NCBI GenBank assembly: GCA_051748045.1
Contig: JBNJGY010000001.1
Location: 64,001-128,000 of the forward strand
Reading direction: 5' to 3'
Length of the DNA: 64,000 nucleotides
Source: Thermotogota bacterium
Lineage (GTDB): Bacteria; Thermotogota; Thermotogae; Petrotogales; Petrotogaceae
A program made the translations under genes and the position numbers. Of this stretch, positions 39,826-52,310 are shown piece by piece. Within the stretch, counting starts at the first letter, position 1, and each line of letters starts with the position of its first letter. Below the pieces are notes generated by a model. The model ran no database searches. It saw only the letters and a program-made list of their open reading frames with translations, and had not been told where the DNA came from.

Positions 39826-40116
39826 ATGGATTTACAAGAAATGCTTCAAAGTTTAATCGCAGAAGGCGGCTCAATTGGATGGGGATTGTATTATCTAGGT
39901 AAACTATTAGGTGCAGGATTAGCAATGGGTATTGGAGCTATTGGACCTGGTGTAGGACAAGGTAACGTTGGTGCTCATGCAATGGACTCTATAGCTAGAC
40001 AACCTGAAATGTCAGGTACAATAACAACTAGAATGCTTTTAGCTATGGCTGTTGCTGAATCAACTGGTCTTTATTCACTTGTTGTTTCATTAGTATTATT
40101 ATTTGTTCTTCCGTAA
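39826..40116 (+). CDS. atpE: F0 subunit c (Na+-binding signature)
   Basis: GxGxGxGPGVGQG, ARQPE, AESTGLY. Confidence 0.96.
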   Translation: MDLQEMLQSLIAEGGSIGWGLYYLGKLLGAGLAMGIGAIGPGVGQGNVGAHAMDSIARQPEMSGTITTRMLLAMAVAESTGLYSLVVSLVLLFVLP

Positions 40117-40152
40117 TTTTTATATATAAACCCAAAAAAGGGGTGAGTTGTA

Positions 40153-40647
40153 TTGCTATCATTTAATTTGACTTCAGTAATTAATTTATTGGGTTTTATA
40201 GTTTTTATGCTATTTATGTACAAACTATTGTATAAACCTTATTTTGATATGACAGACAAAAGAAAGGAAGAAGTCGAAAAAAATCTCGATGAAGCTGAAA
40301 GACTTAGAATAGAAGCACAAGACCTTAAAGAAAAAAATGAAAAAGAATTATCAGAAGCGAAAAACAAAAAAGATGAAATTATTAAAAATGCTGAAGAGAA
40401 TGCAAAGAATATTTCAAAAAAAGCAAAAGAAGACGCAGATAAAGAAAAAAAGAGAATTATTTCTTCTGCAGAAAGAGAAGCTGAAGAACTTAAAGAAAAA
40501 GCTATGAAAGATGTACAAGCGAAAGTTGTTCAAATGGCTTTAAGTGTTTCTTCAATGATTTTAAAAGAAAAAATTGATAGAAAAACAAATGAAGAGTTAG
40601 TTAGTAGAGCTTTAAAAACCTTGAATAACCAAGGTGATAATCTATGA
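40153..40647 (+). CDS. atpF: F0 subunit b
   Basis: N-terminal TM, YKP...R, long charged coiled coil; operon position. Confidence 0.93.
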   Translation: MLSFNLTSVINLLGFIVFMLFMYKLLYKPYFDMTDKRKEEVEKNLDEAERLRIEAQDLKEKNEKELSEAKNKKDEIIKNAEENAKNISKKAKEDADKEKKRIISSAEREAEELKEKAMKDVQAKVVQMALSVSSMILKEKIDRKTNEELVSRALKTLNNQGDNL

Positions 40648-41201
40648 AGAATTCCTATTCAGTAGCTAAAAGGTATTCAGATGCTCTTATAGATTTGCTT
40701 TCTGAAAATGAAAAATTGGGAAATCTAGATAATTATATTGAAAATCTGCAGAATATTATTAGCGAAATGGAAGAAAATTCAGTGTTTTATGATTTAATAA
40801 ATAGCCCTCTACTACCTAATGATTTTATTACAGAGAAAATGGTGGAGAAGTCTAAAACAAGAGACAAAATATTAAAGAAATTTTTAAATTTAATTATAAT
40901 TAAAAAAAGACAAAATCTTCTACCTCTAATAAACAAATTATTAACTAATTTTTCTTATGAATTGAAAGAAGAAGTTTTAGTAGATTTAATTTCTGCTAAA
41001 GAATTAGAAGAATCAACAATACAACAATTAAAGGATAACCTTAAATCTAAAACCGGCAGAGATGTTAATTTGGATATGACTATTGATGAAGAACTAATAG
41101 GAGGAATCCAAATATACCTTGATGATAAACTATTTGATTATTCAGTTAAAGGATATCTGAATAGTGCTAAAGGAATTTACGCCGCAAATGGGGGTGATTG
41201 A
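40644..41201 (+). CDS. atpH: F1 subunit delta
   Basis: [21 protein letters not shown]. Confidence 0.93.
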   Translation: MKNSYSVAKRYSDALIDLLSENEKLGNLDNYIENLQNIISEMEENSVFYDLINSPLLPNDFITEKMVEKSKTRDKILKKFLNLIIIKKRQNLLPLINKLLTNFSYELKEEVLVDLISAKELEESTIQQLKDNLKSKTGRDVNLDMTIDEELIGGIQIYLDDKLFDYSVKGYLNSAKGIYAANGGD

Positions 41202-42721
41202 TTTTGCGAATTAATCCTGATGAATTAACAAAGGTTATTGAAGAAAGAATTAAAAGTTATGAAAGTGGTGAAATAAAAGAAGTTGGTTGGGTTATGCAAG
41301 TAAGTGATGGTATTGTAAGAGCTTACGGTATGAAAGAAACCATGGCCAATGAATTAGTTGAAATACATACACAAACAGATGAAACTGTTTATGGATTAGC
41401 TATGAACTTGGAAGAAGATAATATTGGGATTATTGTACTTGATGATTTCAAAGAGATCAAAGAAGGAGATAAAGTATTAAGAACTAACAGAGTAATAGAA
41501 ATACCAGTTGGGGAGAATTTACTGGGTAGAGTAATAAATCCTCTGGGTATTCCAGTAGATGGAAAAGGTGAAATAAAAGAAAATGATTTTTTCCCTATAG
41601 AGAGAAAGGCTACTGGGGTTATTACAAGACAACCAGTTGATACTCCACTTCAAACCGGTCTTAAAATAATTGATGCCATCATACCTATAGGTAGAGGTCA
41701 AAGAGAGTTAATCATTGGAGATAGACAAACTGGTAAGTCTGCAATTGCTATTGATACTATTATTAATCAAAAAAATTCAAATGTTAAATGTATATATGTT
41801 GCAATAGGTCAAAAATCATCAGCTATAGCTAGAAATATCGCTCAATTGGAAAAACATGGAGCTATGGAATATACAACAGTTATATCTGCTTCAGCTTCAG
41901 ACCCTGCTTCATTGCAATATTTAGCTCCTTATGCAGGTGCTGCATTAGGTGAATATTTCATGTTTAAAGGTGAAGATGCTTTAGTTGTTTATGATGATTT
42001 ATCAAAACAAGCATCTGCTTATAGAGAACTTTCTTTATTGTTAAGAAGACCACCAGGAAGAGAAGCTTATCCTGGAGATGTTTTTTATTTACATTCAAAA
42101 TTATTAGAAAGAGCTGCTAGATTGAATGATGATTTTGGAGGAGGTTCATTAACCGCATTACCAATTATCGAAACTCAAGCCAATGATATTTCAGCTTTTA
42201 TTCCAACTAATGTTATTTCAATTACAGATGGTCAAATTTATCTTGAACCTAACTTGTTTTACTCAGGATTTAGACCAGCAGTTAATATAGGATTATCTGT
42301 TTCTAGAGTTGGTGGAGCTGCTCAAACAAAGGCTATTAAAAAGGTTTCAGGTTCATTGAAACTAGATTTAGCCCAGTACAGAGAATTAGAATCATTCTCT
42401 CAATTTGCTTCAGATTTAGATGAATCAACTAAGAAACAATTGTTAAAAGGTGAAAAATTAATGGAATTACTAAAACAAAAACAATATTCACCTTTATCTG
42501 TACAAGAACAAGTTGTTTTACTTTTTGCAGCAAATGAGGGTTATCTAATGGAAGTTGAAACAGATAAAATTGCAGATTTTGAAAAATCTATTTTATCTTT
42601 TATGAAATCAGAAAAATCAGATTTAATGAATAAAATAGCTGATAAAAAAGAACTAACTGATGAAATTAAAGAAGAGCTTAATTCTTCTATAAAACAATTT
42701 ATGAAATCTTTCAATGCCTAA
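41198..42721 (+). CDS. atpA: F1 subunit alpha
   Basis: [37 protein letters not shown]. Confidence 0.99.
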   Translation: MILRINPDELTKVIEERIKSYESGEIKEVGWVMQVSDGIVRAYGMKETMANELVEIHTQTDETVYGLAMNLEEDNIGIIVLDDFKEIKEGDKVLRTNRVIEIPVGENLLGRVINPLGIPVDGKGEIKENDFFPIERKATGVITRQPVDTPLQTGLKIIDAIIPIGRGQRELIIGDRQTGKSAIAIDTIINQKNSNVKCIYVAIGQKSSAIARNIAQLEKHGAMEYTTVISASASDPASLQYLAPYAGAALGEYFMFKGEDALVVYDDLSKQASAYRELSLLLRRPPGREAYPGDVFYLHSKLLERAARLNDDFGGGSLTALPIIETQANDISAFIPTNVISITDGQIYLEPNLFYSGFRPAVNIGLSVSRVGGAAQTKAIKKVSGSLKLDLAQYRELESFSQFASDLDESTKKQLLKGEKLMELLKQKQYSPLSVQEQVVLLFAANEGYLMEVETDKIADFEKSILSFMKSEKSDLMNKIADKKELTDEIKEELNSSIKQFMKSFNA

Positions 42722-42735
42722 TGGCGGTGATTTAA

Positions 42736-43572
42736 TTGAGTAGAGGAAAATTACGTATTATAAAAAGAAGAATAGCGTCTACCAATTCTACAAAACAAAT
42801 AACTAGAGCTATGCAGATGGTTGCATCTGCTAGATTAAATAAAATAAAAAAAGGAATAGATCCCATCAGAGAATATGCAAATGAAGCAAGAAAAATCATT
42901 CAAAAGATTTCTCCACAGGAAGATTCAATATACAATAGGAAAAATGGTGAAACAGTAATTGTTGTGATAACTCCTGATATGGGACTTGGTGGATCGTTTG
43001 CCTCTGATTTAGCTAATAAAGCTAAAAAAGAAGCGGAGAAAATTGATAATTTTAAAGGATATTATGTAATAGGTGCTAGAGGAAATATAGAATTAAAAAG
43101 GACTAATAAAATTTTATTATCTAGAACAAATTTATATGAAATTCCTGATGAAGGTAATGCTGAATATATCCTTGATGATATTTTAGATTTTTTAGAAGAT
43201 GAAAATATATCTGATATAAAAGTAATTTATGGTGAGTTAAAAAATCCTTTAATACAACTACCAAAAACTATCGATCTTTTACCCATAAATTATGAAACTG
43301 AAATTGATTCAAGATACGAATATGAACCTGATTCAGTAGTTCTATTTGAAGAAGCATCTTATCTTTATTTATTATCACAAGTTTTTATGTATATATATGA
43401 AACTAAATTATCAGAATTACACGCAAGACAAAACGCAATGAAAAATGCTACAGAGAATGCTGAAAATTTAATTGATGAATTAAACTTAGAATATAACAAA
43501 ATGAGACAAGCTTCAATTACACAAGAATTAATCGAAATTGTAAATGGAGCTCAAGCTTTGCAAGATAGCTGA
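42736..43572 (+). CDS. atpG: F1 subunit gamma
   Basis: QITRAMQMVAS, RQNAMKNATEN, RQASITQELIEI. Confidence 0.97.
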   Translation: MSRGKLRIIKRRIASTNSTKQITRAMQMVASARLNKIKKGIDPIREYANEARKIIQKISPQEDSIYNRKNGETVIVVITPDMGLGGSFASDLANKAKKEAEKIDNFKGYYVIGARGNIELKRTNKILLSRTNLYEIPDEGNAEYILDDILDFLEDENISDIKVIYGELKNPLIQLPKTIDLLPINYETEIDSRYEYEPDSVVLFEEASYLYLLSQVFMYIYETKLSELHARQNAMKNATENAENLIDELNLEYNKMRQASITQELIEIVNGAQALQDS

Positions 43573-43585
43573 TGAACGGAGGTGA

Positions 43586-45001
<1,416 letters not shown>

Positions 45002-45015
45002 AAGGAGGGTTTAAA

Positions 45016-45417
45016 ATGTTTAATGTTAAACTAGTAACTCCCTCCGGTATAAAATATCAAGGCAAAGCTAAATATGTAGAATACAAAACAATAGATGGTA
45101 GTATGGGTGTTCTTGAAAATAGGCTACCTATTGTTGCTAAATTGAAATTGGCTCCTTTAAAAATTGTTGAAGAAAACGATAAAGAAGTTTTCTTTGCTGT
45201 TCTAGGGGGATTAGTAGATATGGACGGGGAAAATCTAACCATTATTTCTACTGATGCTGAAAAACCCGAAGATATTGATGTTGATAATGCAATGAAAGCT
45301 GTAAAACAAGCTGAAGAAAGATTAAAAAATGAAGATGATAAAATTCAAAGAACGAAAATAAAAGCTTATATAGAAAAAAACATGACAAAAGTAAATATAG
45401 CTAAAAAATCTAAATAA
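45016..45417 (+). CDS. atpC: F1 subunit epsilon
   Basis: LVTP, GSMGVL..RLP, GG, AE..EDID; last gene of atp operon. Confidence 0.93.
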   Translation: MFNVKLVTPSGIKYQGKAKYVEYKTIDGSMGVLENRLPIVAKLKLAPLKIVEENDKEVFFAVLGGLVDMDGENLTIISTDAEKPEDIDVDNAMKAVKQAEERLKNEDDKIQRTKIKAYIEKNMTKVNIAKKSK

Positions 45418-45418
45418 T

Positions 45419-45458
45419 AAAAAATCGATGATTGTTTGTATACAATCATCGATTTTTT
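45419..45458. terminator. Bidirectional terminator after the atp operon
   Basis: AAAAAATCGATGATTGT-N6-ACAATCATCGATTTTTT. Confidence 0.9.
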
Positions 45459-46170
45459 ATTTATTTATGAGATTTAATATTTTTTTACCAAATCTATCAT
45501 TTTGATGGACTTTTTTCTTTAATATTTCAATCTCAGAAAAATTAATTGTCAGTATATTTTTATTTAGCTTAATTACATCATCGAAAACTATAGGTTTAAA
45601 AATTTTTCCTTGATCATTTATACATACTGATAAGGATACATTAACAAAATTTTGAATTAAAATTTCATCATGAGAGTTTGTGAATAATATAGGATCCTCA
45701 ATTAAATTAATAAAACCAATGATCGATAAATCCATTAAGTCTTCATTTGTTAAAAATATTAGCCTTTTATCTATATTTTTGTTTTTATTACTATTAATAT
45801 GAAATTTATATTTTATATTTTGATAGATATAATAATTTTCTTTACCAATTAAAATCAAGTGTACACCTAAAAAATCTGTAATTTGTTTTATAATATCTAA
45901 TTTAAAATCATTAATCTTTTTATTATTAAAAAAAATTATATAGTAAAATATTCCATTCCCAATATTTTGAAGCATTGATTCTATAATAAAATCTAAATCT
46001 TTCCATTTAATAAGATATAAAGAATTTTTAATTATTTTTTTAGGTAATTTTATGTCATAATTAATTATCTTTTTTTTATATTTGTTAAATTTATTTCTTT
46101 CTAAAAATAATTTAAATTTCTTTATTAGCACTTTTATCAGCTTCTTTTTTAAGTTTTGATAGTTTTTCAA
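45457..46170 (-). CDS. Hypothetical protein (extremely AT-rich; start uncertain)
   Basis: 237-codon ORF overlapping the end of the upstream gene. Confidence 0.6.
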   Translation of the reverse strand: MKNYQNLKKKLIKVLIKKFKLFLERNKFNKYKKKIINYDIKLPKKIIKNSLYLIKWKDLDFIIESMLQNIGNGIFYYIIFFNNKKINDFKLDIIKQITDFLGVHLILIGKENYYIYQNIKYKFHINSNKNKNIDKRLIFLTNEDLMDLSIIGFINLIEDPILFTNSHDEILIQNFVNVSLSVCINDQGKIFKPIVFDDVIKLNKNILTINFSEIEILKKKVHQNDRFGKKILNLINK

Positions 46171-46690
46171 CCAATAGTTTTTTATTTTTACTTAAAATAG
46201 TAAACTTATTATTTTTATTTAAATCTAAAATAAAATAATGTTTATTTTCATAACTCACCTTATTCTCTTGAATAGAATAATAATAAAGATTATGATTTAA
46301 TCCATTTCTCATAATTATTAGAATAGGTATTTTATAAAAATAAGCATGACTGCTTATAGTTTTAAGCATTTTATTGACATTATCATCGTGTAATATTTTT
46401 AGATATAAAACTATAAGATCTGTTCTAGCAAGACTTGAATATAAATAGAAATTACTATTAATTGATTCGTAAAACCCCCCGTATATAATTTTGCTACCAT
46501 TTATATTGAACAAGAAATTTTCTTCGTTTATTTCATATTTTTTATTTTTAAAATATAGGTATAATTTATCTTTTTCTAAAATAGTACAAACAGAATCCCA
46601 GTCTGTAAAAGACCAAGATTCTGTTGATATAGTATATGTAATTTCATTGAATTCTAAACTATTTACAGGATTACCTGCAAATATCTTCAT
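46112..46690 (-). CDS. Hypothetical protein
   Basis: 192-aa ORF whose start overlaps the aminopeptidase stop; GGAG RBS. Confidence 0.65.
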   Translation of the reverse strand: MKIFAGNPVNSLEFNEITYTISTESWSFTDWDSVCTILEKDKLYLYFKNKKYEINEENFLFNINGSKIIYGGFYESINSNFYLYSSLARTDLIVLYLKILHDDNVNKMLKTISSHAYFYKIPILIIMRNGLNHNLYYYSIQENKVSYENKHYFILDLNKNNKFTILSKNKKLLVEKLSKLKKEADKSANKEI

Positions 46691-48093
46691 TAATTATTCT
46701 CCATAAAAGCTTTATATGCTTTATGTGTTTCAAATAAATCTCCTTTTGAAGCTATTTCTAATGGGGCATGCATACCTAATAAAGGAACTCCAGCATCTAT
46801 TACATCCATATTTTTCTCAGCAAAGAATTTTGCTATTGTTCCACCTCCCCCAAGATCTGTTCTTCCTAATTCTCCTGTTTGCCATAAAATATTATTATCA
46901 TTCCATATCTTTCTAATTCTACCAACAACTTCAGCATTAGCATCGTTTGTGCCGCCTTTACCTCTAACTCCTGTGTATTTAGTCAACACGATACCATAAT
47001 TTAGCTTAGGGGCGTTGTAAGAGTCATGTGCGTCCTTATAATTTGGGTCTAGTGCAGCAGAAACATCAGAAGACAACATAGTAGAATTTACAAGAGCTTC
47101 TTCAATTGCAACTGAAACATCTTTTCCTTCTAATTTTAAAATTCTTTTTAATACAGGAATCCAGAAATGATTTTTAGCACCAGTATTACTGTCTGAACCT
47201 ATTTCTTCTTTATCCACTAATAATATTGCAGGAGATTTACCTTTTGGTTTGGCTTCACTAATAGCAGTTATAGAAGTATATGCACAAATTCTATCATCAT
47301 GCCCATAAGCTGCTATAAGGCTTCTATCTAAGCCAACATCTCTTGCATTAGAAGCAGGAACAATTTCCAGTTCAGCTGAAACGAAATCTTCTTCTACTAA
47401 CCCATATTTTTCGTTTAAAATGTTCAATATATTTAATTTAATAGGATCTTTTACTTTACTTTCTTCATCATAAGTAATTGCAATAGTACCAAGAATTAAA
47501 TTCATTTTTTCTGCTTCAAAAGCTTCTGGTAAACTTTTTTTATTTCTATCTAAATGAGGAAGTAAATCAGAGATTATAAAAATTGGGTCATCTTCTTTGT
47601 CTCCTATAGAAACTTCTACTTCTTCTCCCTTTGAATTAATAACAACACCTTGTAACTCTAAAGGGATATTAAACCAATGATATTTTTTTATGCCACCATA
47701 ATAATGTGTTTTTGCCATTGCTATTTCTGAGTCTTCATAAAACGGTTGAGGTTTGAAATCAATTCTTGGGGCATCTAAATGACTCCCAACAACATTAATA
47801 CCTTTTGAAATATCATCATTATATGTTAATGCAAAAATTGATTTGCCTCTGTTTACATAGTATATTTTATCTCCTATGTTTATTTTTCCTTCTTTTTCAA
47901 AATGTTCTAAAGGTTTAAACCCTTCTTTTTCTAATAATTCAATTGATGCTTTAACAGCTCTTCTTTCAGTTTTTGAACTGTCCATATATTTCATATATGA
48001 TTTTGCATAATCAAAAACATCATCCTTTGAATTTTTCTCCCAAACATTTTTTCGATTAATGGTTAACTTTTTTTGTAAATCTTTGTAATCCAT
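46690..48093 (-). CDS. M18 family aminopeptidase
   Basis: SHLDAPR, YYGGIKKYHW, GHDDR, DKEEIGS, GGGGTI, MHAP. Confidence 0.95.
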   Translation of the reverse strand: MDYKDLQKKLTINRKNVWEKNSKDDVFDYAKSYMKYMDSSKTERRAVKASIELLEKEGFKPLEHFEKEGKINIGDKIYYVNRGKSIFALTYNDDISKGINVVGSHLDAPRIDFKPQPFYEDSEIAMAKTHYYGGIKKYHWFNIPLELQGVVINSKGEEVEVSIGDKEDDPIFIISDLLPHLDRNKKSLPEAFEAEKMNLILGTIAITYDEESKVKDPIKLNILNILNEKYGLVEEDFVSAELEIVPASNARDVGLDRSLIAAYGHDDRICAYTSITAISEAKPKGKSPAILLVDKEEIGSDSNTGAKNHFWIPVLKRILKLEGKDVSVAIEEALVNSTMLSSDVSAALDPNYKDAHDSYNAPKLNYGIVLTKYTGVRGKGGTNDANAEVVGRIRKIWNDNNILWQTGELGRTDLGGGGTIAKFFAEKNMDVIDAGVPLLGMHAPLEIASKGDLFETHKAYKAFMENN

Positions 48094-48281
48094 AATCTCA
48101 CCTCCAAATATATTTTATCATATTTAACTTTAATTTATTCTATTATTATTTTCATTTTTTTAATTTTTAAGCTATAATATACTTGTAATAAGAAATATAT
48201 TATTTTCATCATGAAAATAATATAAATTAGTTAACTAAACTAACTATAATTAATTATAACATAAAAAAAGGGGGAAGTTCA

Positions 48282-49343
48282 ATGTCTAAAGAGTTATACC
48301 CAGAAATAACTCTCGATTTAGTAAGAGTTACAGAGGCTGCTTCACTAATGAGTAGCTTATATCTCGGATTTGGAAATAAAGAAGCTGTAGATGCCGCTGC
48401 TGTAGATGCAATGAGAGGTATGCTTGATTATATGGATATCAAAGGGACTGTGATTATAGGTGAAGGTGAAAAAGATGAAGCACCAATGTTGTATTATGGG
48501 GAAAAAGTAGGATTATGGGATGAAGATTCAATAGAGATGGATATAGCTGTAGATCCAATTGATGGAACAAGATTAGTAGCTTATGGTTTACCAAATGCTC
48601 TCAGTGTTATGGTCGGAGCTGAAAAAGGGAAAATTTTAAACCTACCTACATTTTATTCTTCTAAATTAGCTGTAGGACCTGAATTGAAAGGTAAATTAGA
48701 TATGAATTCATCTCTTAAAGATAATATAACCCGTGCTGCAGAAATTTTAGGATTACCTATATCTGAAATGACAATAATGATATTAAATAGGGAACGTCAT
48801 AGAAAAATGATAGATGAAATTAGAGAAATAGGCGCACGTATTAAATTAATTGGGGATGGAGATATAGCTGGGGCTATTGCTACTTGTATGCCTGAAAGTG
48901 GTGTAAACATGTGTGTAGGAATAGGTGGATCTCCTGAAGCTATTTTGGCTGCTGCTGCTTTAAGAACACTTGGAGGAGAGTTACAAATTAAAATTTGGCC
49001 AAGAGATGAAGAAGAAGCTAAAAAAATAGATTCAAATCTTTGGGATCTTAATAGGATTTATAAAACAGAAGAGTTAGTTGGTGGAGAACATGTAATTTTT
49101 GCTGCAAGTGGCGTAACTGATGGAGACTTTCTAAAAGGAGTTAAGTATATTAGAGGTAAAGCTATAACTGAGTCAATAGTTATGAGAACCTCTTCTGAAA
49201 CTGTTAGAAGAATTACAACTTATCATGATCTAAAAAAGAAAAAGATTAGAATGAAATCTTTAGATGGCGATGAAAAATTAATAAACATAAATAAAGTTGA
49301 TGATGAAAGAACATCTATTTTACTAAATAAGATGTATAGATAA
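48282..49343 (+). CDS. glpX: Class II fructose-1,6-bisphosphatase
   Basis: VRVTEAA, IGEGEKDEAPML, AVDPIDGT, DGD, GIGGSPE, SGVTDG. Confidence 0.96.
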   Translation: MSKELYPEITLDLVRVTEAASLMSSLYLGFGNKEAVDAAAVDAMRGMLDYMDIKGTVIIGEGEKDEAPMLYYGEKVGLWDEDSIEMDIAVDPIDGTRLVAYGLPNALSVMVGAEKGKILNLPTFYSSKLAVGPELKGKLDMNSSLKDNITRAAEILGLPISEMTIMILNRERHRKMIDEIREIGARIKLIGDGDIAGAIATCMPESGVNMCVGIGGSPEAILAAAALRTLGGELQIKIWPRDEEEAKKIDSNLWDLNRIYKTEELVGGEHVIFAASGVTDGDFLKGVKYIRGKAITESIVMRTSSETVRRITTYHDLKKKKIRMKSLDGDEKLININKVDDERTSILLNKMYR

Positions 49344-49346
49344 TAT

Positions 49347-49379
49347 AAAAACGAGCTTTTCAATAGAAAAGCTCGTTTT
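49347..49379. terminator. Bidirectional terminator
   Basis: AAAACGAGCTTTTC-N4-GAAAAGCTCGTTTT. Confidence 0.85.
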
Positions 49380-49386
49380 ATATATT

Positions 49387-49887
49387 TTAGAAAATTGGGT
49401 CTGCTTCCATGTGTTCCCAAAAATCTTTTGATAATTTCTGATATAATTCATAAATAGTATCTCTATGAACTTTTTCCCATTGAGCTAAATGTCTTAGAAT
49501 TTCTTTTATTTCTTTTCCTTCAACACTCTCAGCTGCTTTATTATAAAATTCCATAAAATCTTCTTCGATTAAATAAGCCATTCTTAATACAGGAATATCA
49601 GTTTTTAACTTTTTAAAATCTCCTTGATTAGCAATTTCTTTTTTTTGTCTATCTCTAAAAGTATCACCTATTTCTTCACCTTTATATCTTATAGGTTCTT
49701 CTTCATTAACCTTGTTTATCAAATTGTTGATGTAATCAACATGATCAGATTCCATTTTACCCAATTCTAAGAATGTTTGTTTCACCTCTTCATTATGAAC
49801 TGTTCTTGCCTTTGATTCATAAAAGTTCATCCCTTCCATTTCTTTTGATAAAGCATATTCCAAAATACCTAATATTTGACCTGACAT
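49387..49887 (-). CDS. Ferritin-like (rubrerythrin family) diiron protein
   Basis: Two E...FY...ExxH repeats (ESDH, EKVH). Confidence 0.88.
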   Translation of the reverse strand: MSGQILGILEYALSKEMEGMNFYESKARTVHNEEVKQTFLELGKMESDHVDYINNLINKVNEEEPIRYKGEEIGDTFRDRQKKEIANQGDFKKLKTDIPVLRMAYLIEEDFMEFYNKAAESVEGKEIKEILRHLAQWEKVHRDTIYELYQKLSKDFWEHMEADPIF

Positions 49888-49958
49888 ATGAACACCTCCA
49901 TAAATATTAAATTCATTTTTTACTTTTTATTTAACATATCCTACATTATAATTATAAC

Positions 49959-50444
49959 TTATAAGTCTATTTTTTCAAAATTAATATTTATATCAGAATT
50001 GTCTATTACAATTTCAATATAATATCCATCACAAAATGCCCCAGGATTTATAATTTGTGTATTATTAATTTTTTTATTATACCTTTTATGAGAATGTCCA
50101 AAAATCATAAGATCTATCTTTTCTTTAAAATATTTAAGAAGTTTTTCTGGTTTTGCCATACCTGTTTGATGCCCATGTATTATTCCGATTTTTAAATTTT
50201 CAATCTCTAGATTTCTTATTGATGGTAATTTTTCTTTTATGTAATAATCATCCATATTTCCTTGAACACCTATAAAATCTGATTCTTGATTAATTAACTC
50301 AAAATATGTATTTTCATCTACTAAGTCGCCTGCACTAAAAATAATGTCATATTTTCTAATATCCAATTTTTGCAATATACTTGAGTTTGCTCTTGTAGGA
50401 ATATGAGAGTCAGAAATAACCAAAATATTTTTCAAATTAATCAT
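49959..50444 (-). CDS. YfcE family metallophosphoesterase
   Basis: SDSH, GD, GNMD, HGH, GHSH, NPG. Confidence 0.92.
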   Translation of the reverse strand: MINLKNILVISDSHIPTRANSSILQKLDIRKYDIIFSAGDLVDENTYFELINQESDFIGVQGNMDDYYIKEKLPSIRNLEIENLKIGIIHGHQTGMAKPEKLLKYFKEKIDLMIFGHSHKRYNKKINNTQIINPGAFCDGYYIEIVIDNSDININFEKIDL

Positions 50445-50454
50445 CTCACTTTTA

Positions 50455-50479
50455 AAAAGCCTCCCTTAAAAGGGAGGCC
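50455..50479 (-). terminator. Terminator after binding protein 1
   Basis: GCCTCCCTT-N2-AAGGGAGGC followed by TTTT on the minus strand. Confidence 0.75.
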
Positions 50480-50495
50480 AGTAATTATATTAATC

Positions 50496-52247
50496 TTATT
50501 GCTCTTTCCATACACCCCAAATTCTCCATAATGTTCCAACATATGGTTTTGGTTTTTCTGTCATCAAGTGTAAAGTATCTCTTCTTGCAATTAAGATATT
50601 TTGTGCAAAAGTATAGATTAACGGTTGATGTTTAGCTATTAAGTTATTCATTTCTGTAAATAAATCTTGTACTTTTTCTTCATCAATTGTAACTTTTTCT
50701 AATTTAAAGATCTCATCAATTCTTTTTTCAAAATCTGGAACATAATAATCATCTGGATCTAATAAATCAGGATTACCTTTTTCAGCTAGAGCTTCTGGTG
50801 AATAATTCCAGAAATGCCAAGCTTCATCTAGTTGCCACATGTTCCATCCACTATGTGGATCTGGAGAATCCCCTGAGAATCTAATAATCATACTTTGATA
50901 TTCCCCTGAAGATAATTCTGTAACTAAAGTATTGAACTGTAATGGTCTGAAGTTAACATTCATACCTAATTTACTTAATGAATCAGATAATATATTACCA
51001 ATTTCAACCCATACAGTGGTTGAGACATTAGTTGTCAAATCAAATTCTACTGGGTTTCCTTCTGGACCAATTAAATTACCTTCTGAATCCCATGTAAATC
51101 CACCTTGTTGTAATTCTCTTCTTGCTCTACCTAAAGAATATCTATAACCTAATGATTCAATATATTCTTCATCATAATAAATAGATCCAGGAACTTGATC
51201 TGAATAAACAGCGGCACCTAAACCGTTTAATTGATTATCTACTATTGTTTGTCTATCTAAAGCAAACGAAACTGCTCTTCTGAAGTTTTCGTTTCTGAAC
51301 CATACTCTTTGTTCCTTAACTGGTGAATTCCAATTAAACCCTATAATACTAGGTCCTGGAACTAAATCACCAACTACTGTTGTATAGTCACTTTCTGATT
51401 CTTTTTCTTTCATAGAAACATAATTAGAAGCTGAAAGAGATAATAAATCTAATTCACCAGATTGGAATTTAAGAACTTCTGTTTCGTTATTTTGAACTAT
51501 TTGATATACTATTTCATCTAAATATGGTAATTGAGTTCCATCTGTATCTTTACCAAAGAAATTAGGATTTCTTTTTAGTATTACTCTAACACCTTCTCTA
51601 TAGTCTTCAATTACAAATGGTCCAATTCCAACAATTTCATCAATTTGTTCTACTGTCCAAGTTTGTGCAAATGTTTCTGGATCTCCTACAATATCAGAAA
51701 AAACGTGTTCAGGTAAAATATATGTAGAACCAATTGATTCTGTTACTGTTCTTAGAGGTTCTTCATAAATAAATTTAACTGTGTAATCATCTACTTTTTC
51801 AACTTCAGGTAGATTATCTGAAGAATCTAAATAGCTGTTATTTCCATTGTAAGACATATTTGCTTCAAACGCTAATTTATCAAAAGAGAATACAACGTCA
51901 TCAGCATTGAACTCTTCGCCATCTGTCCATTGAACTCCTTCTCTAAGCATAAAAGTTATTTCCATCTTACCTTCATCAGTTATTGTTTCTTTGTAATCTT
52001 TTGCAAGATATGGATTTCTAAAAAAACCATTTTCATCTTGGCTTAATAACATTCCTGCAAATAAACTAATAAAATCGTCTGAGTTTTGATCACTATACCA
52101 GTATGGATTCAAAGTTTTAGGACCTGTTGTTGTTGATACATAAAGGCTTCCGCCTCTTTCTCCTTCGACTTCTTCAACCATCCAGTCAACAGAAAATACT
52201 GTAAATGATAAAACCAATACTGTTAATACTGTAAGTAACTTTCTCAT
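50496..52247 (-). CDS. Family 5 (OppA/DppA) ABC substrate-binding protein, paralogue 1
   Basis: Signal peptide, GPKTLNP, LREGVQWTDG, GPF, LPYLD, FRRAVSFALDR. Confidence 0.93.
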   Translation of the reverse strand: MRKLLTVLTVLVLSFTVFSVDWMVEEVEGERGGSLYVSTTTGPKTLNPYWYSDQNSDDFISLFAGMLLSQDENGFFRNPYLAKDYKETITDEGKMEITFMLREGVQWTDGEEFNADDVVFSFDKLAFEANMSYNGNNSYLDSSDNLPEVEKVDDYTVKFIYEEPLRTVTESIGSTYILPEHVFSDIVGDPETFAQTWTVEQIDEIVGIGPFVIEDYREGVRVILKRNPNFFGKDTDGTQLPYLDEIVYQIVQNNETEVLKFQSGELDLLSLSASNYVSMKEKESESDYTTVVGDLVPGPSIIGFNWNSPVKEQRVWFRNENFRRAVSFALDRQTIVDNQLNGLGAAVYSDQVPGSIYYDEEYIESLGYRYSLGRARRELQQGGFTWDSEGNLIGPEGNPVEFDLTTNVSTTVWVEIGNILSDSLSKLGMNVNFRPLQFNTLVTELSSGEYQSMIIRFSGDSPDPHSGWNMWQLDEAWHFWNYSPEALAEKGNPDLLDPDDYYVPDFEKRIDEIFKLEKVTIDEEKVQDLFTEMNNLIAKHQPLIYTFAQNILIARRDTLHLMTEKPKPYVGTLWRIWGVWKEQ

Positions 52248-52310
52248 CTAATCCCTCCTATAAATTTTCCTCAACCCACTGAGTAATATTATAATAACAA
52301 GAATTAAAAT

